A program made the position numbers and the translations under genes. The notes below the pieces were generated by a model. The model ran no database searches. It saw nothing but the letters and a program-made list of their open reading frames with translations, and had not been told where the DNA came from. Below are positions 19,919-29,716 of a stretch of DNA of 64,000 nucleotides, piece after piece. Every line of letters begins with the position of its first letter. Position 1 is the first letter of the stretch. Source of the stretch: a virus; IMG/VR virus record IMGVR_UViG_3300013004_000041, positions 17,061-81,060 of that record; one strand, written 5' to 3'.

Positions 19919-20796
19919 TACAGAACTCCGACAAATTCTATTGGCTTGCTGTATTTATCAAGAATCTTATCTACAATTAAATTACCAGTGCCTTCAAAAA
20001 CAGCCTTATCAAATTGAATTCTAAATTGATCTGTATTATAAGCACCGATGTATCTCTTATAATAATCTAACTTACCGCACTCAATATCATGTATTAACAA
20101 CTCGGTTGCTCTCTTAATATCTTGTGGAACTTTGTTATATCCTACTTCAAGAGTAATTCTATAATCCCAGCCCTTGGGAAATCCTCTTGCAGAATAATCT
20201 AATTCAACAATATCTGTTGGAGATGCTGGCAATAAAATTCGTGCTGATTCATCTCTATTGATTGCATCAGAATACTTCATTGTAATTGCAGATCCGTCCG
20301 CAATGATTTCAAAATCTGTTACTGCATTCTCTAAATCATTTATATCATAAAGCAAAACGTTATTTTCATATACCTTAATAACTTCTTTTGCATCTACCCA
20401 AATTGGAATATAGTCTACTCCAAGTCCTGTTGTTTCTAAAACTCTTTTCTTATAATAAAACTCTACATCGCATACGGAGTCTATAATTGCTCTTGCTAAT
20501 TCTTCATTATTAGCATACGCTGCGATTTCGCTTGCTGTGTTTCCATGTTCATTTGGATTTACATATGGACGAACTACATCTACATATGTATCTTCTCCAT
20601 CTACCGTGATTTTATACTGAGTGTCATATTTTGAAGAAAGTGGAATTATTACTTTGCTTTCTGTACTAGAAGTAACTTCTCCAACTAATTCTGAAAAGTC
20701 CGCCATATCAACTACAGTATATTCATACTCAGTTGAAGCATTAGAAACATCTAATGTAACTGTTAAATTATATGGCGGAACTCTCAAAATTTGCAT
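19918..20796 (-). CDS. head-tail adaptor/connector
   Basis: 292 aa with GYNKVPQDIKRAT motif typical of gp15/gp6-like adaptors. Confidence 0.6.
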   Translation of the reverse strand: MQILRVPPYNLTVTLDVSNASTEYEYTVVDMADFSELVGEVTSSTESKVIIPLSSKYDTQYKITVDGEDTYVDVVRPYVNPNEHGNTASEIAAYANNEELARAIIDSVCDVEFYYKKRVLETTGLGVDYIPIWVDAKEVIKVYENNVLLYDINDLENAVTDFEIIADGSAITMKYSDAINRDESARILLPASPTDIVELDYSARGFPKGWDYRITLEVGYNKVPQDIKRATELLIHDIECGKLDYYKRYIGAYNTDQFRIQFDKAVFEGTGNLIVDKILDKYSKPIEFVGVL

Positions 20797-21309
20797 TTAG
20801 CGACCAAACTCCTTGGCTACTTCTTCTGGTGTAGCAAGTCTAATATGACTACGTGTTAACCACTTTTCTGCTTGATCTGGTGTAACAATGTTATATCCAC
20901 GATACACCTTGCCTACTGGACTCCAACTTACATTTTTAGTTGAGTAAAGTGCTACTGTCTTTTCTGCTTTCTTAGGTGCAGAAGCGGCAGGCTTATTTAC
21001 TTTACGTGGAGTTTCAGTAACACCAATTACACCGTTAACGACTGATCCAATTCCCTGAACTGTTTCAGAGTTTGATCTGCCGAAATCTGATGTTGTAATT
21101 GCATCTGTAGATTCTTGAGCCTCAGAAATTGATGCTTCAAGATTATTTTCTACCGCCACCTCTTCAACCTTAGTTTCTGGCATAGGAGCCTCTACAACTG
21201 GTTCTTCGACAACTGGTACTTCTACTGGTGCTTCTACTGGTGCTTCTGGAGCAACAGTATCTTCTACTGGTGCTTCATTAACTTCATTATTAAAATTATT
21301 TTCTTCCAT
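20797..21309 (-). CDS. hypothetical protein with acidic Glu/Ala/Pro/Val-rich N-terminus
   Basis: 170-aa ORF after the capsid gene; RBS GGAGG. Confidence 0.65.
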   Translation of the reverse strand: MEENNFNNEVNEAPVEDTVAPEAPVEAPVEVPVVEEPVVEAPMPETKVEEVAVENNLEASISEAQESTDAITTSDFGRSNSETVQGIGSVVNGVIGVTETPRKVNKPAASAPKKAEKTVALYSTKNVSWSPVGKVYRGYNIVTPDQAEKWLTRSHIRLATPEEVAKEFGR

Positions 21310-21351
21310 TATTTAACCTCCTATGTAAACTATTATAACAGAATACTAAAG

Positions 21352-21388
21352 ATAAGAGGGGGAGGAGAATTAACCCCTTCCCCCTCTC
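21352..21388 (-). terminator. intrinsic terminator after capsid gene
   Basis: GAGAGGGGGAAGG...CTCCCCCTCT stem followed by TATCTTT on the minus strand. Confidence 0.65.
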
Positions 21389-21407
21389 AAAAGGTACTGA
21401 TTACAGA

Positions 21408-22535
21408 TTATGCATCTGCTGCAGCATCTGCCCACGCAATTGCGTCTTCTTCTTCCCATTGAATACCGAAGCGAACGAACACAGTATATTCAATTGTGTC
21501 CTTCTTAGCAACATATTCACGGTTGACGACGATATCACGCTGGAAGCCCCATACACGGTTCTGTGGGAATGTCAAATCGACATATCCTTCAGGGTAGTAA
21601 GGAACTTCTTGGACATCAATTCCGAGGACACGAGTTGTACGTGCTCCACCGAATGTCTGGCCTTGACCATCAAGGTATGCCTGTGTATTTGCATAGGTAT
21701 TACCATTCTTACCAAGTGCTTCAGCGATTGCATCAGACAATGTACCGTTATTCTTAACGATACCTGCGAATGCATCTGTACCTGCGTAGAACTTAAGATT
21801 GTTCTTAAGTGCACGGTACTTGCGTGGCATAGCAAGGATAATTTCCTGCATCTTCTCTGGAGTCCATGCATTGTCAGCAACGGTAATTGCTGCTTCATGT
21901 GAGTCTCCATTGTCCTTGTGCTTCTTGATGAAGCCAGACATAATTGAAAGGAATGGCGCTGTTGCACCATCACCATTGATAGCAAGATCCTCAATATCGT
22001 TAGCAAAAGCATTGGTCATCAAGCGAACTAGATGATCTTCCAATGCACCTCCTTCGACATTGTCTTCAAGTGCTTCAGCAGAAACTTCCCAATCAAGACG
22101 AATCTTCTTGGTTGTTAGTTCTACCTTTGAGAATGTAGCACCAGTGTTTGTGTAATTACCAACTGCCTGAGCAGCGGCACGAATAACACGCTCACCAACA
22201 TTAATCTTCTCTAATTCCATACTGTTTGCTCGCATAGTCACACGACGACCATCTTGAGCAAGAATGGTTGCATCCCAAACATAATCGATAAAACGACGTG
22301 CTTGTTCAGGACGTAAAATTCCGCTTGCAGCATCACCCGAAGGATTTACGGCATTAGGACCAGTGGTTACTCCAAAGTTAGCATTTGGGATGTTACCAAG
22401 TGTGTCTGCACCTGGATCTGTTACACCACCAACACCACCTGAAGCAAAAGCGCCTTGACCTTGATAAAGACCTGGTGCTGTTCCGCCTAGTTCGCCAGTT
22501 TCTCCTGGCTGGTTTTTCTTAATCTCTTCCGACAT
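21408..22535 (-). CDS. major capsid protein (HK97 fold)
   Basis: 375 aa with GILRPEQARRFID, EALEDNVEG and DIEDLAINGD motifs; strong RBS GGAGGTG; follows the protease/scaffold gene. Confidence 0.9.
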   Translation of the reverse strand: MSEEIKKNQPGETGELGGTAPGLYQGQGAFASGGVGGVTDPGADTLGNIPNANFGVTTGPNAVNPSGDAASGILRPEQARRFIDYVWDATILAQDGRRVTMRANSMELEKINVGERVIRAAAQAVGNYTNTGATFSKVELTTKKIRLDWEVSAEALEDNVEGGALEDHLVRLMTNAFANDIEDLAINGDGATAPFLSIMSGFIKKHKDNGDSHEAAITVADNAWTPEKMQEIILAMPRKYRALKNNLKFYAGTDAFAGIVKNNGTLSDAIAEALGKNGNTYANTQAYLDGQGQTFGGARTTRVLGIDVQEVPYYPEGYVDLTFPQNRVWGFQRDIVVNREYVAKKDTIEYTVFVRFGIQWEEEDAIAWADAAADA

Positions 22536-22558
22536 ATTGTCACCTCCTAAGTGATTAC

Positions 22559-23893
22559 TTAATTAAATAAGTCGGCTGTTTTGAGGAAACGTCCGCCCCA
22601 TAGGGATTTTTCAACCATTTCTGGTTGTTCCTGTACGATCTCGCCTAGATCGCCAGACTTTCGGAAAGCAGTATCTGCTTCTACTGCGTCTACTCTCTTT
22701 CCAAATTTATTAACTTGTTCTGTTGTTGCAGCAATGTCTTTGGCGACTGCATCAAGTGAACTTTTTACTGTTTCTGTATCAACCTTTGTAGACTTAAGCA
22801 TTTCTACTTCTGCCTGCAAAGACTTTACAGTTTCAACTAAATCGCTAAAGGCTGATGTGATTGTATTCTTGATTTCTGCAACTGCGTCAACAATTGCTTC
22901 ATCTGATTTAGATACTTCTGTAGCAACCTCTGCTGCTGGTGCTTCAACTGATTCCTCAGCCTTTGCAACTTCTTCTGCTGCAGCCTCTTCAGACTTTTCA
23001 ACAGTTTCTTCTGCTACGACAGTCTCTTCAGACTTTTCAGTAACTTCTGCAACAGGAGCCTCAACTACGGCATCTGCCTCTGGAGCGATTTCTTCTGACT
23101 TAATAACTTCGACTGAATCATCAGCCTTTGTCTTTTTTGCCATAGGATCTTCCTCCTTGTTAATCTTAGCATCAATGCCTTTAGCACTATCTACTAAGAA
23201 TTTGATTATATCCATTTTTTCATTATCCGTTTTTTCAACGAACCCTATATTTTTCATTTCGTTTCCAGTAGTTGGACTAACGACTGTTTCTTCTTCTGAT
23301 ACCATAACTAATCCAGACTCTTCATCATAAAAAACATTTTCAAGTGCTACATCTGCACCCTTAACAATTTCAACACCGTCAACTTTTTCTACATGCATAA
23401 TATTTGCAAATTGATTTGCTGGAGAATCTACAAGAGATAACTCTACAAGATCATAATCTTTAATAATTCTAATTGTGGAATCTGACTTCTCATCATAACC
23501 ATCATCCCACTTATTCATACGACCACCAATAGAAAATCCTGTTAGTGTACCGTCCAAAACTTTTTCCCATGTATCTTGTGCACCTTTTGAAACATATGCT
23601 GAAACAAAAACTCCAGAATAAAATTTCTTTGTCTCTGGATCGAAATATCTATCTTCTTTAAAATTAACCATCTTGCCAACTGCTAGTGGTTGATGCATTT
23701 CACGAATGTTTCCACGAAACTTTGAAAAGGCTTTCATGGATGCATCTGATGTAACAATATCTCCTTGCTTATCAAGGTTATCAAGGGATGCAAATCCTGA
23801 GACGATACGTCTCTCTTTATCTACCTTCGCAAAAGGAAGGGAAAGGCGAACATTCTCGCCCTCTGTATTCCAATGGGCTTTTGATATAGTCAT
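22559..23893 (-). CDS. prohead protease with C-terminal scaffold
   Basis: IREMH, GFSIGG and ELSLVDSPAN catalytic motifs; acidic coiled-coil C-terminal half. Confidence 0.85.
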   Translation of the reverse strand: MTISKAHWNTEGENVRLSLPFAKVDKERRIVSGFASLDNLDKQGDIVTSDASMKAFSKFRGNIREMHQPLAVGKMVNFKEDRYFDPETKKFYSGVFVSAYVSKGAQDTWEKVLDGTLTGFSIGGRMNKWDDGYDEKSDSTIRIIKDYDLVELSLVDSPANQFANIMHVEKVDGVEIVKGADVALENVFYDEESGLVMVSEEETVVSPTTGNEMKNIGFVEKTDNEKMDIIKFLVDSAKGIDAKINKEEDPMAKKTKADDSVEVIKSEEIAPEADAVVEAPVAEVTEKSEETVVAEETVEKSEEAAAEEVAKAEESVEAPAAEVATEVSKSDEAIVDAVAEIKNTITSAFSDLVETVKSLQAEVEMLKSTKVDTETVKSSLDAVAKDIAATTEQVNKFGKRVDAVEADTAFRKSGDLGEIVQEQPEMVEKSLWGGRFLKTADLFN

Positions 23894-23926
23894 ACTAGTA
23901 TATATTATAGAGCCTTTTTATATAAA

Positions 23927-23958
23927 TGTGGAAAAACTGTGGAAAACTATGTGGATGA
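23927..23958. promoter_or_regulatory. tandem DnaA-box-like motifs upstream of protease promoter
   Basis: TGTGGAAAA at 23927 and 23938, TGTGGATGA at 23950; minus-strand TATAAT at 23904-23909. Confidence 0.4.
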
Positions 23959-25548
23959 ACGGCCTTCACCCTTTGGGTTTCTACCACTAATTGTGGCAGC
24001 ACCGTCAGACTGATTGTTCATTCGTTCTCCGTCCCTTGCCCTATCAGCATTATCATTTGCTGCTTGTTCTGGCTTAGGATTAAAAGGCTCGTCTCCTCCT
24101 TCCCTTTGTGGGAGGCCAAGGATTGATCTAGCCTCATTTGGAAGCATAACCTGTGTCTTTATATATCTTTCTACAATCTGAGATTGAGCAATTTCGTCTG
24201 TTAAAGTTAGTTCATTAAACTTTAATACTAGAACGTCCGTCTTTTCTTTAACTATCTTATTTATAATTTTTTCTAATTCTCTTTGTGCTGGTCTTGCAAC
24301 CTGCTCTTTAAATGTACGGTCTTGAGCCATCGCTGCTGCTATTGAGCCAGCGTCACCTCCACCAATCTTTGACAATGGAACTTGGTGAGCAATTAAGACA
24401 TCGTCTCTATTTTGTTTGCGATATCTTTCAAATGATCCTTCTTGGACACCATTTTCAATCGGTTCCATTTTAAACTCAACCTTGTTGGTATCTGAATCAC
24501 CAGGGAGTGGGATATAAAGCGTTCTATGAGATTGACCCTTAAGTCCCGTTTGCAAAAATCTAAACATTTTATCTTCTGCGTCAGCCGAAAGTTTAGCACC
24601 CTTTAACGTCACAACATAACGAGGGACAGCCTTATTGCTAAAGTAGTCAATGTTATATTGCGACGCTAACTGGTCTCCATGGAGCGATGTTATTGCCGAC
24701 ATGATATCTGGAACACCATAAAAAGTATTTAAAGGCGAATACTGTTTAAAGTGAATAATCTCGTTAGGTCTTGGATCGTCCGTAACTGGATTATTGTTTT
24801 TTGCTCCAAAATTTCTAAAGTATACAACTTTACTTCCAATGATTTGAACATACCCATCACGTAATCTACGAACACGCATTGTGGTTGCAGGAATGTGTCC
24901 GATGTATCCAATTTCTCCACGAGTTGTTCTACCAACTTCTAAGAAACCGTTTCCTACTGCCTGAACATCTGTATATACTTTCATCATTGTTGTTGTAAAA
25001 GAATCATCATCATTTAATGATTCAATCCATTCATGCATTTCAATTTTTGCACGTTCAATTCTATTTCTTGCTCTTCCTACTTGATCTTTATCTTTATTAG
25101 ATTCAAGTCGTAACATTGTGCTTGGAGATACTTCAAAGTCATACCCAAGTCCTACAATATTTTCTACCTTTGCGTCAATCGCTGCGTGGTTTGCAAAAGA
25201 TGTATCATAATAATTTGCAAGTTCGTAAACATTCCATGGTGGTGTGATTACATCAAATAGTCCGTATCCATTTCTGTATACCGTTCCAGGATTAATTTCT
25301 TTTGACTTTGCATCTCCTAAGCCATGCTGCTCTGCTCTTGCACTATCAATATATCCCTGACTTGGGTTATTAGCAGTTGCTTTTTCAACAACTCTGTTAG
25401 TTCTTCTTTTAAAATTATTATCAATACCAGAATAGGACTTTAATTCTGTCCAAGACTTGTTAAATGGATCTGCAGATTTAAATGCATCGTTTTGATTGAT
25501 TGGCTCATCAATTCTTGCGCCGAGCACATATTCTCTTTCTTCTGACAT
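23947..25548 (-). CDS. portal protein (PBSX/HK97-like)
   Basis: 533 aa with HAAIDAKV..GLG, GNGFLEV and NEIIHFK..YGVPD motifs. Confidence 0.9.
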   Translation of the reverse strand: MSEEREYVLGARIDEPINQNDAFKSADPFNKSWTELKSYSGIDNNFKRRTNRVVEKATANNPSQGYIDSARAEQHGLGDAKSKEINPGTVYRNGYGLFDVITPPWNVYELANYYDTSFANHAAIDAKVENIVGLGYDFEVSPSTMLRLESNKDKDQVGRARNRIERAKIEMHEWIESLNDDDSFTTTMMKVYTDVQAVGNGFLEVGRTTRGEIGYIGHIPATTMRVRRLRDGYVQIIGSKVVYFRNFGAKNNNPVTDDPRPNEIIHFKQYSPLNTFYGVPDIMSAITSLHGDQLASQYNIDYFSNKAVPRYVVTLKGAKLSADAEDKMFRFLQTGLKGQSHRTLYIPLPGDSDTNKVEFKMEPIENGVQEGSFERYRKQNRDDVLIAHQVPLSKIGGGDAGSIAAAMAQDRTFKEQVARPAQRELEKIINKIVKEKTDVLVLKFNELTLTDEIAQSQIVERYIKTQVMLPNEARSILGLPQREGGDEPFNPKPEQAANDNADRARDGERMNNQSDGAATISGRNPKGEGRSST

Positions 25549-25952
25549 TATTCTTCGTCTCCATACTTTGCAATAGTATCCTTGGCTGCTTGTACTGCTC
25601 CAAGGTCGTTAAGGTTAGGTATAAGTCCAGCCTTCATTCTATCTACTTGCTCTGAGTATTCTTCATCAGTTACTCTACCCATACCAGCAAAAAAGTATGG
25701 CTCTCCATCTGGCTCTCCATAGTATGCTGCTGCCTGCTTTAATTCTGCGATTCTTCCAAGATCACCCTTCATTGATGGAATATTTAATATGTTTCCATTT
25801 CCATCAGTAAACCATTTGCCATTAGACTTTTTCCAAACATAGATTCCCCAGTCATAGTTTTTATCTATTAGAGTTACCTTAGTTTCGCCTATCTGTCCAG
25901 GCATTCTGGGCTTACCGTTTTTGTCAAAAAGTGACTGATCTTTGTTTTTCAT
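25548..25952 (-). CDS. hypothetical protein
   Basis: ORF coupled to portal; ATG lies 7 nt after TGGTATACT. Confidence 0.65.
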   Translation of the reverse strand: MKNKDQSLFDKNGKPRMPGQIGETKVTLIDKNYDWGIYVWKKSNGKWFTDGNGNILNIPSMKGDLGRIAELKQAAAYYGEPDGEPYFFAGMGRVTDEEYSEQVDRMKAGLIPNLNDLGAVQAAKDTIAKYGDEE

Positions 25953-25970
25953 AACCACCAGTATACCATA

Positions 25971-28900
25971 TTATACTGGATCTGATATCTGAGATTGCCA
26001 TGCTATATCCTTATATACAGAATATTCGTAACTCTTAAACCTGAATGGCCTTGTGTCATCAACAATTATTTTATTAGTTCCTGTATATGCCTTATATAAA
26101 TCTACTGGGCTAACTCCATAATAACTTATTGAAGACTGGACTAAGACTCCTTGCCAAACAAAATAGTCTGACCAATATTCCCAATTAAATAATCCATCAG
26201 TAGCAAACTTTACTCTAGACCAAGGTCTTTCCGCTACTGTCTGAATTGCCTGAAGGCTAGTAGTTTCATAAAAGGACAGAGCGTTAAAAATAATTGGTCC
26301 ATTAATCATAATTGAGCCAGTATAAGATTTAAAATTTAATATTTGAGGGAATCCTATTCCAAGCATTATCCACTCATTAACATTTATTACTGGCTCTTTA
26401 ACTATTTGACCGTTTACATAAAATGAAACACCATTATATAACGCTCCAGTACTTGCGTCTATTGCATATATTTTTGCCCTTTTGCCTGTAGGATGATTTG
26501 CTACCATATAAAACTTTATTGTTTTACCCTTTGCATTAATTTGCATTATTTGTGTTGGTGCGTATGAGAAAAAATCTCCATTAAACCTAATCAATGATTG
26601 CATAGCCATGACTTCATAATCTTGATATTTATTTGAGTTTATAGGAATTGCAACTCCACGATTTATAAAAGGATCATAGTCTCCTCTAAGTTCTAGCCCA
26701 GAATGTCTAGTTAGATATAGGTAAGGGGATGAACCTTTGTAAACTGTTAATGGGTTTTTAGTTTTGTAGTTATAGTAATAACCGCTATTTGTATATGGAT
26801 ATACTTGTGTTCCAAATCTTGTACCTATATTGTTTGCTGTATTGTAATTAAATGCCTGAGATGCCACCTGCAAACTTTTTATCTTTATTGGATGATATTT
26901 TATTCCATTTACATTAAACTCTAAATGAAAAACAATTGCTATATCATTAAAGTCTACACCACTTGGCGGATAGATAACTATATTATCCACAACCTCATAT
27001 TTTGTTGTCAACCAGTCGCTGCCTGGAGTTACTACTCCATTTTTAGGAACACTTTCTGTATTAGTAAAAAATCCATTAGATGCATTAGCGCCATCTTCTA
27101 AATACTCAAAAGTAATATAAGACTTTAACATAGAATTTGATGTATCATAAAAATATGACTTAACAGATCTTTCTGCTAAATCTTCATAGTTAACGTAACC
27201 AGTGTATAAATAATTGTCTAAAGATTCATAAGTTCTTTGTTGTGGGAAGGAGTATTCTGCAGATAGTTCTGAATATGTCCAACCGTCTTCGTCTATAACT
27301 TCAGACTCAACAAATTTAACTGGTGCTGGATAGTTAATATTAAACTGTAAAAAGTCTAAACTAAATTTACTATTACCATATTCATCTGTAATGTATTGTC
27401 CAAAATATGACAACGGAACATAGTCTTTCCAAGATCCGTTTACATCAACATCAACATAAAATGAATCAAAATAATTTTTAGGATTTATAGCAATGCTTGG
27501 CTTATGATCTGTTAATTTGTTTACAATAAATACAGAGGCGTCAAATTCAAAAGGATTTTCAGAGTTTATATAAGATGTCCAAAACTCTTGATCTGCGTCT
27601 CCACCATTATAATCAATTCCTGGACCGTATAAATTAAATATGTTCTCATAGTCTTTTGGTACTCCTAAATTATTAAATAAATTTTCTAAGTCTTTAATAT
27701 TTTTTTCTGAGCATATACCAATCTTATAAATGTTTCCAGTAAATGTTTTATCAAAGTTTTTTGTTCCTCCAACATACAGTTTTGAGGAATACAAGTTGTT
27801 GAAGAATGCTGTTAGATTGTTTCCGAAGTAGTCCCTAAATATGTCAATCTCTACTCCTACTGTAAAAATTTCATTATTAGGCACCTCTAAAGATTCATAA
27901 ATAGTTATTGGATTTTCTTGTCCGTACTTAAGAATATACTTAACTTTTTCTATGTCATCTTCTTTTATACACTCAATTGAAAAATATCCCGACTCATTCT
28001 CTATTCTCATTAAAACTTGTGCGCTGCCATTAAATGCTAATTCTTTTTTAAATATTCCGTAGAATCCATGAACTGGTTGGTTGTATAAATTAAAGTTATC
28101 AAAGTATAAATAAGAAGATATGCCGTCCCACTCTTCTGTAGGCTTTAAATTTAAAAATAGTTCTTCCTCATTTTGAATGACTGCACAATCAGTTAGTAGA
28201 TCTAATCCAGTTAATAACGTATTATTAGTTATTATTTCTGGTGTTGAGAATGTTGGCATGCTTAAAGTATTGTCTTGAACAACTATGTTGTCTAAAGATC
28301 CCTGAGACCAAGAACCAAGGTCTGGGTAATTATAGTTCTTTGTGTAATCTGCAAATCCATAGTCAAAGAGAACAGAACTGCCTCCGTATGACGCATTTAA
28401 ATTTTCTGGATACTGGACGCCTTGTCCATAAACAAATCTTCTTTTGGCAACAATTAATGGAACTAAGTAAGGATATATCGCTATACAGTCTACTTCTATT
28501 GGCTGAATATCTGAATATGCATAAAAAGCAATCCAATTATTAGACTTTCCAGATTCATCATAGTCATCTGGTAAAGAAAGAGAATCCCTTTCACTATTAA
28601 TTTGCAAAGATATGATCTCTTCACCATTAACTAATACCGTTGATAGCCCCTCAGAGTATCTCCAATGCATTAAAATAGGTCTTTCCCATTCACCTATGTA
28701 GTACGATTGGTAATTATTATTTATTTTTAAAACTATAAATGGTCCATCCAAATATATACCGTCGGTAGATCCTATTGGACCTACAATTCTTTTTGATGTA
28801 TTTGATGAATTGTTTGTTCTAATCCAAAACTCTAAAGTATAATCTTTATATCTTCCGCTTTCAGACATCATTCCATTTGAAGGTATAATTAAAGATGGCT

Positions 28901-29696
28901 TATTTGAATTATCATACAACTTAGTAATGTTTCCAGATCCAAATACCATTGGAACACCAAAGTTTTTTGCAACTAGAGCATTGTCATTAATAAAATAATA
29001 TCCAGGATTTTCTACTAATCCATATGCCTTTGCTTCTACAACCTTTGACGCTGAAAGAGAAATTGATGACGGTAAATCTATAGATGTAACACCTAAGGAA
29101 CTTGACTGAAATTCTTCAGACCACTGACCAAAAGTTACTCCGTTAATATAAAAAACATAGTCTTCTGTATTTAATGAAGATCCTAAATAATTTACATTAA
29201 TTACTATTCTTACTGGTTCTGATGTTTGCTCTGGACTAAATGTTTCTGATAAAAAGAACCATCTATCTTTAATTGATCCGTCATATGATTTTAAAACATC
29301 TACATATGATTCTAAAGCATCATCATAATATCTATAACCTATTTGAATTGTTAAGATGTATGGACTATTTGAATAAAAATAAGACCCTATGGAAAATGTT
29401 TTTAAAACATCGTTTATTTCATCGGTGTTAATCAAATTAGGGCTAACTAATGTTAATGAAAAATTTTCAGATGATACAGATGTTGGAGTTATCTTATTAA
29501 TAATGCTATCTGGAAATGGTGCATCTAGCAGTTCTTCTGTTTCTTCAGAGGCACCGTTGTCTATACTCCAGAGCGATGTATCCCTGTTGGAATCAGAAAT
29601 TAAAGATACGTAGTCAGCCTTATCATCTAAGGCCCAAAGATACTGAGGGTGCTCAGAGAATATTTTTTCAGCATATAGATTAGAAGCGCTAGACAT
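25971..29696 (-). CDS. large virion-associated protein, possibly with LamG/ConA-like domains
   Basis: 1241 aa; YLWALDD and YTLEFWI motifs reminiscent of LamG-like domains. Confidence 0.5.
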   Translation of the reverse strand: MSSASNLYAEKIFSEHPQYLWALDDKADYVSLISDSNRDTSLWSIDNGASEETEELLDAPFPDSIINKITPTSVSSENFSLTLVSPNLINTDEINDVLKTFSIGSYFYSNSPYILTIQIGYRYYDDALESYVDVLKSYDGSIKDRWFFLSETFSPEQTSEPVRIVINVNYLGSSLNTEDYVFYINGVTFGQWSEEFQSSSLGVTSIDLPSSISLSASKVVEAKAYGLVENPGYYFINDNALVAKNFGVPMVFGSGNITKLYDNSNKPSLIIPSNGMMSESGRYKDYTLEFWIRTNNSSNTSKRIVGPIGSTDGIYLDGPFIVLKINNNYQSYYIGEWERPILMHWRYSEGLSTVLVNGEEIISLQINSERDSLSLPDDYDESGKSNNWIAFYAYSDIQPIEVDCIAIYPYLVPLIVAKRRFVYGQGVQYPENLNASYGGSSVLFDYGFADYTKNYNYPDLGSWSQGSLDNIVVQDNTLSMPTFSTPEIITNNTLLTGLDLLTDCAVIQNEEELFLNLKPTEEWDGISSYLYFDNFNLYNQPVHGFYGIFKKELAFNGSAQVLMRIENESGYFSIECIKEDDIEKVKYILKYGQENPITIYESLEVPNNEIFTVGVEIDIFRDYFGNNLTAFFNNLYSSKLYVGGTKNFDKTFTGNIYKIGICSEKNIKDLENLFNNLGVPKDYENIFNLYGPGIDYNGGDADQEFWTSYINSENPFEFDASVFIVNKLTDHKPSIAINPKNYFDSFYVDVDVNGSWKDYVPLSYFGQYITDEYGNSKFSLDFLQFNINYPAPVKFVESEVIDEDGWTYSELSAEYSFPQQRTYESLDNYLYTGYVNYEDLAERSVKSYFYDTSNSMLKSYITFEYLEDGANASNGFFTNTESVPKNGVVTPGSDWLTTKYEVVDNIVIYPPSGVDFNDIAIVFHLEFNVNGIKYHPIKIKSLQVASQAFNYNTANNIGTRFGTQVYPYTNSGYYYNYKTKNPLTVYKGSSPYLYLTRHSGLELRGDYDPFINRGVAIPINSNKYQDYEVMAMQSLIRFNGDFFSYAPTQIMQINAKGKTIKFYMVANHPTGKRAKIYAIDASTGALYNGVSFYVNGQIVKEPVINVNEWIMLGIGFPQILNFKSYTGSIMINGPIIFNALSFYETTSLQAIQTVAERPWSRVKFATDGLFNWEYWSDYFVWQGVLVQSSISYYGVSPVDLYKAYTGTNKIIVDDTRPFRFKSYEYSVYKDIAWQSQISDPV

Positions 29697-29716
29697 TATG
29701 AGTCTATTTTATCACA

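Noticed and set aside
21459-22035. Several alternate-frame ORFs within the capsid gene
   Set aside because: Explained by capsid codon bias; no initiation signals.
22581-23330. 249-aa + strand ORF
   Set aside because: Antisense shadow of the Glu/Ala/Val-rich scaffold region.
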